Below, one piece after another: positions 30,197 to 40,851 of a stretch of 64,000 nucleotides of DNA. The notes beneath the pieces were generated by a model. It did no database searches. It saw nothing but the letters and a program-made list of their open reading frames with translations, and was not told where the DNA came from. The stretch lies in assembly GCA_963746875.1 (NCBI GenBank), contig CAVVDA010000005.1:618729-682728 (forward strand), read 5' to 3'. Within the stretch, counting starts at the first letter, position 1. Each line of letters starts with the position of its first letter. Made by a program: the position numbers and the translations under genes. This DNA is from Thermoanaerobaculia bacterium. Lineage in GTDB: Bacteria > Acidobacteriota > Thermoanaerobaculia > UBA5066.

Positions 30197-33100
30197 ATGG
30201 CCCGCACCTATCGGCCCGCCGGCTTCGTGGCCTTCGTGCTCCTGGCCGCCTCGCTGCCGCTTCCGGCGGCGGCCGCAACGTCCCAGGTTTCACATCCCGT
30301 CGCAGGCAAGGCGGTCTCTCCGGTCCTGTCCCCTCCGCTCCGCGAGATTCCTCCGATCCAGGTGACACGCGACCCCGGCAAGCCCCGGAACCGCCGGCAG
30401 CTTCCCTACAGGGGAGCCAGGCCCGGCGCCGCTCCGGCTCGGCAGCAGGACGGTGCGGTCCAGTCGGCCCCGGGAGTGAGCCAGCCGAACGCAACGGGCA
30501 TCAATTTCGACGGCCTGGGTGCAAACGGCTTCGCCCCGCCCGATTCCGACGGCAAGGTCGGCCCGAGCCATTTCATCGAGTGGATCAACACCAACTTCGC
30601 GATCTACGACAAGGCCGGCACGCTTCTCTACGGGCCGGCCGCCGGCAACACTCTCTTTACGAGCCTCGGCGGAGCGTGCGCGGCCTTCAACGAGGGCGAT
30701 CCCGTCGTCCAGTACGACCCGCTGGCCGACCGGTGGGTCCTCACCCAGTTCGTCGTCGGCTCGCCGGCTCCGGCCTTCTCCCATCAGTGCGTGGCCGTGT
30801 CGAAGACCGGGGATCCGCTCGGGGCTTACTACCTCTACGACTTTCCGACCGACACGATCAACTTCGTCGACTACCCGAAGTGGACGACCTGGTCCGACGC
30901 CTACTACATGACGGCCCACCTGTTCAACGCGGCCGGCACGGCGTTCCTCGGGGCGATGCTCTACTCGTTCGACCGCTCGAGCATGCTGGCGGGGCTCCCG
31001 GCCGCGTTCCAGTCCGTGAACCTCGAACCGATCGGGGGCATTTTCGGCCAGCTCGTGGCCGATCTCGACGGCCTCACCCCGCCACCGCCCGGCTCGCCCG
31101 CCTACCTCTTCGCCCCCGCGTCGCCGGAATGGGACGGGTCGGCCGCGCCGGGCCTTCACTTCTGGACCGCGGCGTCCACCTGGGGCGGCTCGCCGACCCT
31201 GACCGTGACCTCGGAGCCCGACATCGCCACCGCTTCGTATAACACCAATCTCTGCGGGTTCAGCCCAACGGGATGCATTCCCCAGCTCGGAACGACCCAG
31301 CTCCTCGATGCTCTGACCGGGCAGCTCATGTTTCGGGCCACCTACCGCAGAGTCGGCGCCAACGAGTCGATTCTCGTGTCCCATACCGTAAACGCGCTCG
31401 TCCCCCCCGCGAACCAGGCGGCCGTCCGGTGGTACGAGATCCGGACGCCGGGGACGCCGACAGTCTTTCAGCAGGGGACGTACGCTCCCACCACGGCGAA
31501 TCGCTGGGTCTCGAGCATCGCCATGGACGAGAGCGGGAACGTCGCGGCCGGCTACAGCATCTCCGACGCCACGATGTTTCCCTCGATCAACATAACCGGC
31601 CGCCTGGCCTCCGACCCCCCGGGCACTCTGGGCAGCGAGCTCAGCATGTTCGCAGGCCTCGGAGCGCAGACCGGCGGCCTCAACCGCTGGGGCGACTACA
31701 CCCTGATGTCCGTGGATCCCCGCGAAGGCTGTTCGTTCTGGTACGTCAACCAGTATCAGCCGGCGACCGGCTCCTTCAACTGGAAGACGCGAATCGGGTC
31801 GTTCCGCTTCCCGACCTGTGTGGCGCCCCTGCGCGGGACCATCACCGGCCGCGTAACGGACGCGTTGGGAAACCCGATCGCCGACGCGGTGGTCCAGGTC
31901 GACGCCGGGTTCTCGGGAGCCACCGACGCGACCGGCCGCTACTTCATCGTCCTTCCGCCCGGCGCCTATGTCGTGACGGCCACGGATCCGCTCGCGGGCT
32001 GCACCCCGTCGGCTTCCTCCCCGGCCACGGTCACGGACGGCGCGACGACCACGCTGAACTTCACCCTGACGGGAACCGCCAGCCTCGCGCTCAAGAGCAC
32101 TACCATCGACGACAGCTCGGGGAACAACAACGGCGTCATCAACCGGAACGAGTGCTTCAAGCTGAACGTCGATCTCGCAAACGGCGGGTGCTCCGGCGCG
32201 AGCGGGATCTCGGCCTCCATCACTACGTCGACGCCGGGCGTGGAGATCCTCGGCGGCACATCCGACTACCCGAACATCGCCCGCGCTACCGACGCGTTCG
32301 GTCTGACGCCGTTCTCCCTCGCCACGACGGCGGCCTTCGTCTGCGGCACGGACATCGCCGTCACCGTGACGGTCACCTCGTCCGTCGGCACCCAGGTCTC
32401 GGCGCTGACCCTCCCGACCTGCGCGGCGGCACCGCTCGTCATCAACAGCAGCGTGACCACCTCGAGCCCCGTCGAGAGTGGCCGGCTCGGGCGAGACGGC
32501 ATTCCCGCGACGTGCCTCGGCAAGACCTGCCCCGGCGATTTCGCGGCTGGGGCCAGCCGAAACTACGATTTACAGACGATTCCGAACGCAGCCTCGACGA
32601 GCCGCTGCATCACGATCACGGCGACGACGTCCGGCTGCGACCTGGCTGGAGCCCAGATCACGCCAGCGGCCTACAGTCCGACCTTCAACCCGGCCAGCCT
32701 CTGCGCGAATTACATCGGGGACGGCGGCTTCAGCCCGACACCGGGGCCCGTGCCTTTCAGCGTCCAGCTTCCGGCAGGCCAGCCCCTCGTCCTCGTGATG
32801 CAGGCCGCCAACGGCGCCCCGACCTTCACCGGCTGCGGCTCGTACACCCTCGTCGTCTCCGGCCTCGTCGACAACTCGGACGGCGGGCGGCCCGTGGCGA
32901 CGGCTTCGGGCGGCGGCGTGATCTGTCTCGGCGGATCGGTCGGACTGACGGGCTCGGGCGGCACGTCCTGCGTGTGGACGCCGGCGGCCGGCCTCGACAA
33001 CCCGAACAGCTGCACGCCCGTCGCGTCCCCGACGGTGACGACCGCCTACACGGTCGCCGTCGCGAACGCGGGCGGATGCGTCAGCTCTCCGAGCTCTCCG

Positions 33101-33769
33101 GTCACGGTCACGGTCGACCCGGTCCCGGCCGCCCCCGTCATCACGGCACCCGCGACGGTGGGCGCGGGATCGCCGGACCGGACGGCGAGCGTCCCGAACA
33201 ACATGGGAAGCACGTACGCCTGGACGATCACGAACGGCACGATCACCGCGGGCCAGGGGACCAGCCAGATCACGTTCACGGCGGGCGTCGCCGGTACGCT
33301 GACTCTCGGCGTGACCGAGACGAACGCCGCGGGGTGCGCGTCGGCTCCGGGGAGCGCCACCGTGAGTGTCCTCGCCTCCGGGAGCGCGATGCTCCTTTTC
33401 CCGCTCACTCCCTGCCGGCTGGTCGACACGCGCAACGCGGCCGGTCCGCTCGGAGCTCCGTCGCTCGAGCCGTCGGGCTCGCCGGACCGCTCGTTCGCGA
33501 TCACGGGCGTCTGCGGGATCCCATCGGACGCGCAGGCTGTCTCCGTCAACGTGACGGTCACGAACGTGCAGGCGAGCGGAGCACTCCTCCTCTATCGCGG
33601 CGACGGATCGCCGACGACGGCGTCGACGATCAGCATCCGGCCGGGCATCACGCGCGCGAACAACTCGCAGACGCAGCTCGCGCTCGACGGGTCCGGGACG
33701 TTCAGGGTCCAGAACAGCTCGGCCGGCACGCTGGACTTCATCGTGGACGTGAACGGCTACTACCGCTGA
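30197..33769 (+). CDS. Large secreted multidomain protein (unknown N-domain, carboxypeptidase-regulatory-like and Ig-like domains, C-terminal PCRLVDTR domain)
   Basis: Intact 1190-aa ORF with signal peptide, PPDSDGKVGP, RWGDY, GTITGRVTDALGNPI, C-terminus PLTPCRLVDTR...IVDVNGYYR. Confidence 0.8.
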   Translation: MARTYRPAGFVAFVLLAASLPLPAAAATSQVSHPVAGKAVSPVLSPPLREIPPIQVTRDPGKPRNRRQLPYRGARPGAAPARQQDGAVQSAPGVSQPNATGINFDGLGANGFAPPDSDGKVGPSHFIEWINTNFAIYDKAGTLLYGPAAGNTLFTSLGGACAAFNEGDPVVQYDPLADRWVLTQFVVGSPAPAFSHQCVAVSKTGDPLGAYYLYDFPTDTINFVDYPKWTTWSDAYYMTAHLFNAAGTAFLGAMLYSFDRSSMLAGLPAAFQSVNLEPIGGIFGQLVADLDGLTPPPPGSPAYLFAPASPEWDGSAAPGLHFWTAASTWGGSPTLTVTSEPDIATASYNTNLCGFSPTGCIPQLGTTQLLDALTGQLMFRATYRRVGANESILVSHTVNALVPPANQAAVRWYEIRTPGTPTVFQQGTYAPTTANRWVSSIAMDESGNVAAGYSISDATMFPSINITGRLASDPPGTLGSELSMFAGLGAQTGGLNRWGDYTLMSVDPREGCSFWYVNQYQPATGSFNWKTRIGSFRFPTCVAPLRGTITGRVTDALGNPIADAVVQVDAGFSGATDATGRYFIVLPPGAYVVTATDPLAGCTPSASSPATVTDGATTTLNFTLTGTASLALKSTTIDDSSGNNNGVINRNECFKLNVDLANGGCSGASGISASITTSTPGVEILGGTSDYPNIARATDAFGLTPFSLATTAAFVCGTDIAVTVTVTSSVGTQVSALTLPTCAAAPLVINSSVTTSSPVESGRLGRDGIPATCLGKTCPGDFAAGASRNYDLQTIPNAASTSRCITITATTSGCDLAGAQITPAAYSPTFNPASLCANYIGDGGFSPTPGPVPFSVQLPAGQPLVLVMQAANGAPTFTGCGSYTLVVSGLVDNSDGGRPVATASGGGVICLGGSVGLTGSGGTSCVWTPAAGLDNPNSCTPVASPTVTTAYTVAVANAGGCVSSPSSPVTVTVDPVPAAPVITAPATVGAGSPDRTASVPNNMGSTYAWTITNGTITAGQGTSQITFTAGVAGTLTLGVTETNAAGCASAPGSATVSVLASGSAMLLFPLTPCRLVDTRNAAGPLGAPSLEPSGSPDRSFAITGVCGIPSDAQAVSVNVTVTNVQASGALLLYRGDGSPTTASTISIRPGITRANNSQTQLALDGSGTFRVQNSSAGTLDFIVDVNGYYR

Positions 33770-33777
33770 AGCGCGGG

Positions 33778-33803
33778 GCGGCCCGGCCGGGCGGCCGGGC
33801 CGC
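33778..33803 (+). terminator. GC-rich hairpin after the secreted-protein gene
   Basis: GCGGCCCGGCC-GGGC-GGCCGGGCCGC; no U-tract. Confidence 0.4.
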
Positions 33804-33816
33804 TAGACTGACGGGC

Positions 33817-35201
33817 GTGTCCGATCTCGACGCCCGGGCCTTCCGGCGCTCCCTGACCCTCGTCCTCGCGGTTCTCGGCTTCCTGACGGCGGGGGCCGTG
33901 GTGCTCTTCGGGCACCTCCTCTTCAAGTCGCTTTCGAAGGACGTCGTCAACGACGCGATTCTCCACACGAGGCTCGACGCGGAGCGGCTCGCGCGCGGCA
34001 TCGCCGAGCGCTCGTCGGGCGACCCCTTCGTCCTGAAGCTCAAGCAGACGGAGATCGACCGGCTCGTCACGACGGGGCTCTCGGAGCGCCAGATCCTCAC
34101 GGAGGTCGAGGTCCTCGACAGCGCGAAGAAGGAAGTCCTCTACGCGTATCGCGGCACGCTCACCGTGCCCGACCGCAAGGGCCAGGCGGGCGCCGAGGGG
34201 CCGAGGGTTCTCGACGTGAAGCCGGCGGAGCCCGGCACGACCGCGCGCAGCTACAGCTTCGAGGCGCCCGAGCCGGATCCCTACGACATGGAGGTGCCCG
34301 TCGGCGACTTCGCCGTGCTGCGCTTCGGCGTCTCGCGGCGCGTGCTGGCAGAGCGTGTCGAGAAGCTCCGCCGCGAGCTGTACCTCAAGACGGCCGCGGC
34401 GGCCGTCGTGTCGTTCCTCGGGATTCTCGCGGCGTCCGCGGCGGTGATCCTCCTCTATCGCCGCACGCGGCGCGTCGAGGAGGCGCGCCTCGAGGCCGAG
34501 CGGCGCGCCGAGCTCGGCGAGGTGGCGGCGGGCCTCGCGCACGAGATCCGGAATCCCCTGAACGCGATGGGCCTCAACCTCGAGCTTCTCGAGGAGAAGC
34601 TCGTGCATCCGGCCGCGGCCCGGGGCGCCGGCGCAATCGCGGCGTCGGCCGCGGAGCTCGCCCAGGCCGCGCGCGTCGAGACGAGCCGGCTCGCGCGGCT
34701 GCTCACGGACTTTCTCTCGTACGCGCGCCCGTCGCCGCTGAGCCCCGTTCCCGCCGACCTGAACGAGGCCGCGCGCGAGGCGGTCGCGTTCCTGCAACCG
34801 GAAGCCGTCTCGTCGCCACATCCGGCTGACGTTCTCGCCCCGGGCAGGGGGCGCTCCCGCGCTCCTCGACCCCGCGCGCGTGCGCCAGGTGGTCCTGAAC
34901 CTCGTCGGCAACGCGCTCGATGCCGTGGAGGCGGAGGGGGCCGCGGCGCGCGAGGTGGAGGTGCGCGTCGAGGATGCCGGAACGCTTCTGGCGCCTCACG
35001 ATCGCCGACCGCGGGCCGGGCGTGCCGGCCGCGAAGACGGCCGACCTCTTCAAGCTCTTCGTGTCCACGAAGCCCGCGGGCACCGGCCTCGGCCTCCCGA
35101 TCGCCGAGCGAATCGTGCGCGCGCACGGCGGAACGCTGACGCTTTCCTCGTCGCCCGGCGAGCCGACGCGGGCGGTGGCGACGTTCCCGAAGGGGCGCTG
35201 A
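33817..35201 (+). CDS. Membrane sensor histidine kinase; frameshifts near 34810-34990
   Basis: Two TM helices, H-box AHEIRNPLNAM, N-box QVVLNLVGNAL, DRGPG and GTGLGL. Confidence 0.9.
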
Positions 35202-35204
35202 GGC

Positions 35205-35672
35205 TCAGCCCGGCGGGAGGATCTTGGCCGGGTCTTCTCCCGCCTCGCCGCGCTGAAAGGCGAGCACGCGCTCGACGAGCGTCTTCACCGGCAAAGGGAG
35301 CGTCAGCAGCAGCTCGCCCTCGGGACTCAGGATCACCTGCTCCGTCGTTCCGGTCGCGAGCAGGGTGCGCTCGGGCAGGCGGCGGATCTCGTACGCCATC
35401 TCGAGCTTCGCCGTCTCGGACGGCGCGAGGACGGCCGAGACCTCCAGCCGGTCGTCCAGCTTCGCGGACCGCTTGAGGTTCAGCTCGACCTTCGTGATCG
35501 GCACCTTGTAGCCGCGGGCGAGCGCGTCGGCGGGCGTGAGCCCGAACGCCGCGCAGAGCGCGTTCCGCGCCACTTCGAAATACTGCACGTAGTGGCCGTG
35601 CCAGACGACGCCGTACGAGTCCACCTCGGGAAAGCGGACCTCGAACGAGGTCGTGAACGCGCGCGTCGTCAT
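35205..35672 (-). CDS. Hotdog-fold acyl-CoA/ACP thioesterase (4HBT/YbgC family)
   Basis: VRFPEVDSYGVVWHGHYVQYFEVAR; ATGA overlap with the upstream KS-like gene. Confidence 0.9.
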   Translation of the reverse strand: MTTRAFTTSFEVRFPEVDSYGVVWHGHYVQYFEVARNALCAAFGLTPADALARGYKVPITKVELNLKRSAKLDDRLEVSAVLAPSETAKLEMAYEIRRLPERTLLATGTTEQVILSPEGELLLTLPLPVKTLVERVLAFQRGEAGEDPAKILPPG

Positions 35673-36774
35673 GGCGCCGTGAGGACCGCCACCAGGACGT
35701 TGCCGCCCGCGCCGAACGCGTCGATCAGGATCGCGCCGGTTCCGGGATCGGCGCGCAGCTCGGCCGCCGCGAGGGCGACCTGGATCGCGCCGATGGCGGG
35801 ATTCTCGCCGAGGGAGTCCTTGACGGCCACGGCCCGCGGGCGCTTCGTGCCGAAGACGTCCGCGAGCGCGGCGACCTCGGCGTCGTCCGTGAACGGCGAT
35901 CCGTTCCGCGAGAGATGGACGAGCCCGATGCCGGAAGGAGCCAGGCCCGCCTCGGTCGAGGGCGTCCCGCATGGCGGCGGCGAGAACCGCCGGCTCGGCG
36001 CGCCGCTTCTGGGGCGAGACGGCAGATCCGCGCGACGCGAGGCCGGCGACCCGCGCGTCGATTCGGGCGCCGCGCGAGAGCGGCCGCCGCTTCGTCCTCG
36101 ACGAGGACCACGGCCGCGCCCTCTCCGAGAACGAACCCGGGGCGCCGTTCCGTGCGCGTGGCGCGCACATGCTCGTACGCGCGGTGGTAGACGAGGTTCC
36201 ATTCGTCGGCCGCGCCCACGAGGAGGGCGTCGGCACGTCCGTCCGCAAGGAGCATCCGGGCATAGAAGAGCGCGTTCAGCGTGGCCGGATCCTTCTGGGT
36301 GATCGTGACGTTCGGGCCCTTGATGCCGACCTCGATCGCGGCCTGCGAGGCCGGCGCGTTCGCCACCGTGTTCGGAAAGAGGAACGGAGACGCCGCGTCG
36401 GGCGATTCGACCGCCATCTGCCGTTCGAACTCGGTGAGCGGACCGACGCCGGCCGAGCCGGTGCCGAGGAGGATGCCGGTTCGCTCCTCGCGTCCCGCGA
36501 CCGCATAGCCCGCGTCGGCCAGCACCTGCTTCACCGCGACGACGGCGTACTGGCTGCCGCGATCGAGGCGGCGGGCCTTGCTCTTCGGCAGCTCCGGCTC
36601 CGTCGTGAAGGCGCCGATGCGCGCGGCGGGGGAACGGTCGGCGGCGGGCGGCCCGCCGTCGTCCTCGACGGGCGCCACGGCGGAGCGCCCGGCGGCGAGC
36701 GCGGCGCGCGTTTCGGCGAGCGTCCGGCCGAGCGCGGTCACCGCGGACTCCCCGGTGATGACGGGCGCGCGCAT
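35669..36774 (-). CDS. Catalytically inactive beta-ketoacyl synthase (chain-length-factor-like); frameshifted
   Basis: KS fold (PFLFPNTVANAPA, GEGAAVVLVE). The Cys position reads Asp in GPNVTITQKDPATLNAL, and the His sites are replaced (LSRNGS, LGEN). Confidence 0.82.
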
Positions 36775-36887
36775 CGAGGGGATCGTACACGGGCGGGCGG
36801 GCTTCGTTTCGATGTTGACACAGCGTCTCTGCCGCGACATGGTGCCCCGATCTGAAGCGTCCCGCGAAAGCGGAAAAGGAGATTTCC

Positions 36888-37322
36888 ATGAAGCGTGTGT
36901 TCGGTTGTCTGTCGCTCGTCGCCTGTCTTCTCGTCGTGACCGGATGGACTTTCCCGGCCATCGCCCAGGAGTCCCCCCGGGCGCTCGTCGCGACCTACCA
37001 GGTATCAGCCGGCAAGCACCTCGATTTCCTGAAGTGGATGGCGAAGGTGGAAGCGGTCGTGAAGGAGGCCGGAGGGCCGGCCGCCCAGTGGTACATGCAC
37101 GAGAACGGCGCGAGCTGGGACTTCGTCTCGATCACTCCCCAGCTCGACGCGGCGAAGCAGGCGGAGGTCGACAGGAAGGTCGAGACGCTCTCGAAGCAGA
37201 AGGGGATCGCGACGGGGCTCAAAGCCTCGTTCGAGTTCCGGCAATACATCGGAACGCATTCGGACACGTTCGCGCACGGTCCGATGACGGCGTCCGAGCT
37301 CGTGAAGGCCGCCGAGAAGTAA
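36888..37322 (+). CDS. Secreted hypothetical protein lying between the two KS genes
   Basis: AGGAGA RBS, signal peptide MKRVFGCLSLVACLLVVTGWTFPAIA, intact ORF. Confidence 0.75.
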   Translation: MKRVFGCLSLVACLLVVTGWTFPAIAQESPRALVATYQVSAGKHLDFLKWMAKVEAVVKEAGGPAAQWYMHENGASWDFVSITPQLDAAKQAEVDRKVETLSKQKGIATGLKASFEFRQYIGTHSDTFAHGPMTASELVKAAEK

Positions 37323-37325
37323 GAC

Positions 37326-38551
37326 CTAGACCCGTCCCGCGAACTGCCCGAACGCGACGACGGTCGAGTTCCCGCCGAACGCGAACGAGTTCGAGAGAGC
37401 GACCCGGACGCGGGCCTCCCGGGCCACGTTCGGGACGATGTCGAGATCGCACTCGGGATCCGGCACCTCCCAGTGGATCGTGGGCGGTACGAGGCCGGTC
37501 TCGATCGTCCGCACGGTCGCGACCGCCTCGATGGCGCCCGCCGAGCAGAGGCAGTGGCCGAGCATCGACTTGATCGACGAGACGGGGATCTCCCGCGCGC
37601 GCGTCCCGAGAGCCCGCTTGATCGCCGCCGTCTCGGCCGAGTCGTTCTGCGGCGTGGCCGTTCCGTGGGCGTTCACGTAGTCCACGTCTCTCGGGGTTCA
37701 GAGACGAGGCCAGGAGGCACGCGGTCATCGTGCGTGCGCCCGCCTCGCCGGTCGGCTCGGGCTGCGTCATGTGGTGCGCGTCGGAGGTCACGCCGTAGCC
37801 GAGGAAGCGGGCCCGGATGCGCGCTCCGCGGCGCCGCGCGTGACCTTCGTCCTCGAAGACGAGAAGGCCCGCGGCCTCCCCGATCGAGAGGCCCTTGCGG
37901 CGCAGATCGAACGGGCGGCAGGGATCGGGGTCGACCGAGCGCAGCGCGTTGAAGCCGCCGTGCGTGAGCCGCGCGAACGTGTCGGCTCCGCCCGTCACGA
38001 CGACGTCGCAGAAGCCGTGGCGGATGAGATCGGCGGCGTAACCGAGCGACGTGCCCGAGGACGAGCACGCGGTCGTGATCGTCGAGCGCGGGCCCGAGGA
38101 AGCCCCATCGCTCGGCGATGCGGTCGGTCGTCTGGTCGGGCGGATGGTTGAGGACCTTCGTCGGACGCGCGCGGCGCGGCCCCTTCGCGAGCAGGTCGCG
38201 GAAGTAGTTCTCGCTGTCGAGGAGGCCCGACACGCCTCCACCGAGGACGACGCCGACGCGCGAAGGATCCTCGCGATCGAGGTCGAGGCCGGCGTCGGCG
38301 AGGGCTTCGGCCGCCGCCGTGAGACCGACGACGTCGGTGCGCGAGAGGCGGCGTCTCAGGGCGGGATCGAAGCCCGAGGGCAGCTCCTTGATCTCGGCCG
38401 CGAGCTTGGTGCGGAAGCCCGACGCGTCGAAAAGCGTGATGGGACCGATGCCGCACCGCCCGGCGACGAGCCCTTCCCAGGTCGACGCGAGGTCGTTCCC
38501 GAGGGAGGTCACGGCCCCGAGGCCCGTCACGACGACGCAGCGTCCGTTCAT
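37326..38551 (-). CDS. Active beta-ketoacyl-ACP synthase (FabF-like / type II PKS KS); frameshifted
   Basis: TITTACSSS (Cys), NAHGTAT (His), SMLGHCL (His), SNSFAFGG. Confidence 0.92.
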
Positions 38552-38602
38552 CCGCCGGATCTTACTGAGTCGCGGAGGGCTCTGAATTGTTAGCGATCGC
38601 GC

Positions 38603-40418
38603 ATGAGATGCTCGACCGCCGTGCGCTCTTCCCTGACCGTACTCTGCCTCGCCCTTTCAGCCGCCGCCAGACGGGCCGCCGACCGCCGGCCGAGGCGGAG
38701 GCGTTCCTGACGACCGCCGAGCAGCGCCTGCTGCAGCTCTCCGTGGAGGCGGGGCGCGCCGACTGGGTGAAGCTCAACTTCATCACCGAGGACACCGAGC
38801 TCCTCGCGGCGAAGGCCGACGAGCGCGCGATCAACGCGGCCGTCGAGCTGGCGAAGCAGTCCGTGCGGTTCGACAAGGTCGCGCTGCCGCGAGACGCTCG
38901 CCCGCAAGATGAGGCTCCTGAAGAACGGCCTCACGCTCGCGACGCCCGCGGACCCGAAGGAGAGCGAGCAGCTGACGCGCATCGTCTCGTCGATGGAAGG
39001 CACTGTACGGCAAGGGAAAGTACTGCCGGACGGGGGCGGACGGGAAAGAGGAGTGCCGCGACCTCGGCGAGCTCTCGAAGGTCCTCGCGAACGAGTCGCG
39101 ACTACGACGAGCTCCTCGACGCCTGGACGGGATGGCATGCCATCTCGCGTCCCATGCGAAAGGACTTCGTCACGTACGTCGCGCTCGCGAACAAGGGCGC
39201 CCGGGAGCTGGGCTTCGCCGACACCGGCGCGATGTGGCGCTCGAAGTACGACATGCCGCCGGACGCCTTCGCGGCGGAGCTGGACCGCCTCTGGGAGCAG
39301 GTGAAGCCGCTCTACGTCTCGCTCCACGCCTACGTGCGCTCGAAGCTGCGCGAGAAGTACGGCGACCGCGTCCCTGCGAGCGGGCCGATCCCCGCGCATC
39401 TCCTCGGCAACATGTGGGCGCAGGAATGGGGGAACATCTACCCGCTCGTCGCGCCGGCCGGCGCGGATCCCGGATACGACCTGACGCAGATCCTCGAAGA
39501 GCCGCAAGACGAACGACCAGCAGATGGTGAAGTACGGCGAGGGCTTCTTCACGTCTCTCGGCTTCGCGCCGCTGCCGGAGACGTTCTGGAAGCGGTCGCT
39601 CTTCGTGAAGCCCCGGGACCGCGAGGTCGTCTGCCACGCGAGCGCCTGGGACGTGGACGCTCGAGAACGACCTGCGCATCAAGATGTGCATCGAGGCCAC
39701 GGCCGAGGACTTCAGCACGATCCATCACGAGCTGGGCCACAACTTCTACCAGCGCGCCTACAACGAGCAGCCGTACTTCTTCCGCGACAGCGCCAACGAC
39801 GGCTTCCACGAGGCCGTCGGCGACACGATCGCGCTCTCCGTCACGCCGGAGTACCTCGTGAAGCTCGGCCTCCTGGACAAGGCGCCGGACACGTCGAAGG
39901 ACATCGGTCTGCTGCTCGACAGGGCGCTCGAGAAGATCGCATTCCTGCCGTTCGGGCTCGTGATCGACCAGTGGCGCTGGAAGGTCTTCTCGGGCCAGAT
40001 CCCGCCGGAGAAATACAACGAGACGTGGTGGGAGCTGCGGAGGAAGTATCAGGGCATCGCGCCGCCGGTGGCGCGGAACGAGGGGGATTTCGATCCCGGC
40101 GCGAAGTTCCACGTGGCCGGCAACGTCCCCTACATGCGCTACTTCCTGGCGGACATCCTCCAGTTCCAGTTTCACCGCGCGCTGGCGGGGATCGCCGGGT
40201 GCAAGGGCCCGCTCAACCGCTGTTCGATCTACGCGAACAAGGAGGCCGGAGGCCGCCTGAACGCGATGCTGTCGATGGGCGCGAGCCGCCCCTGGCCCGA
40301 AGCCCTCGCCGCCCTGACCGGGGAAAAGCAGATGGACGCCGGCGCGATCCGCGACTACTTCGCCCCGCTCCAGAAGTGGCTGGACGAGCAGAACAAGGGA
40401 AAGCCGGTCGGCTGGTAG
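38603..40418 (+). CDS. M2-family (ACE-like) peptidyl-dipeptidase; frameshifted
   Basis: [26 protein letters not shown] (HExxH), FHEAVGD, PYMRYF. Confidence 0.95.
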
Positions 40419-40422
40419 GGAG

Positions 40423-40851
40423 ATGACGGACCGCGTCGACTGGCACCGCTACTTCATGAACATCGCCGGAGAGGTGGCGAGCCGGGCCACGTGCCCGCGC
40501 AAGCACGTCGGCGCGGTGATCGTGCGCGACAAGCGGCTCCTTTCGACGGGCTACAACGGCTCGCTTCGCGGCCTTCCGCACTGCGACGAGGCGGGCTGCC
40601 TCATGGAGGACGGGCACTGCATCGCGACCGTCCACGCCGAGGCGAATGCGATTCTCCAGGCCGCGATGAACGGCGTCCGCATCGAAGGGGGCGAGATCTA
40701 CACCACGGCCTCGCCCTGCTGGAACTGCTTCAAGCTCGTCGCGAACGCGGGGCTCATCGCCGTCTACTTCGGCGAGTTCTACCGCGAGCCGCGCATCCAC
40801 GAGTACGCCGACCGCGTCGGCATCCGCCTCGTCGACCTTTCGGCGCGCTAG
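40423..40851 (+). CDS. dCMP deaminase / ComEB family
   Basis: GYNGS, HAEANA, SPCWNC zinc motifs. Confidence 0.92.
   Translation: MTDRVDWHRYFMNIAGEVASRATCPRKHVGAVIVRDKRLLSTGYNGSLRGLPHCDEAGCLMEDGHCIATVHAEANAILQAAMNGVRIEGGEIYTTASPCWNCFKLVANAGLIAVYFGEFYREPRIHEYADRVGIRLVDLSAR

Noticed and set aside
31273-35139. Very long alternative-frame and antisense ORFs (for example 1288 aa here, also 25206-27767 and 9570-11408)
   Set aside because: They are Arg/Pro/Gly-rich shadow frames expected at high GC. Only the segment from 33817 of this ORF is real (the histidine kinase).
38603-40418. Bacterial ACE homolog as a novelty
   Set aside because: M2 peptidases are already known in diverse bacteria, and nothing unusual is seen here.
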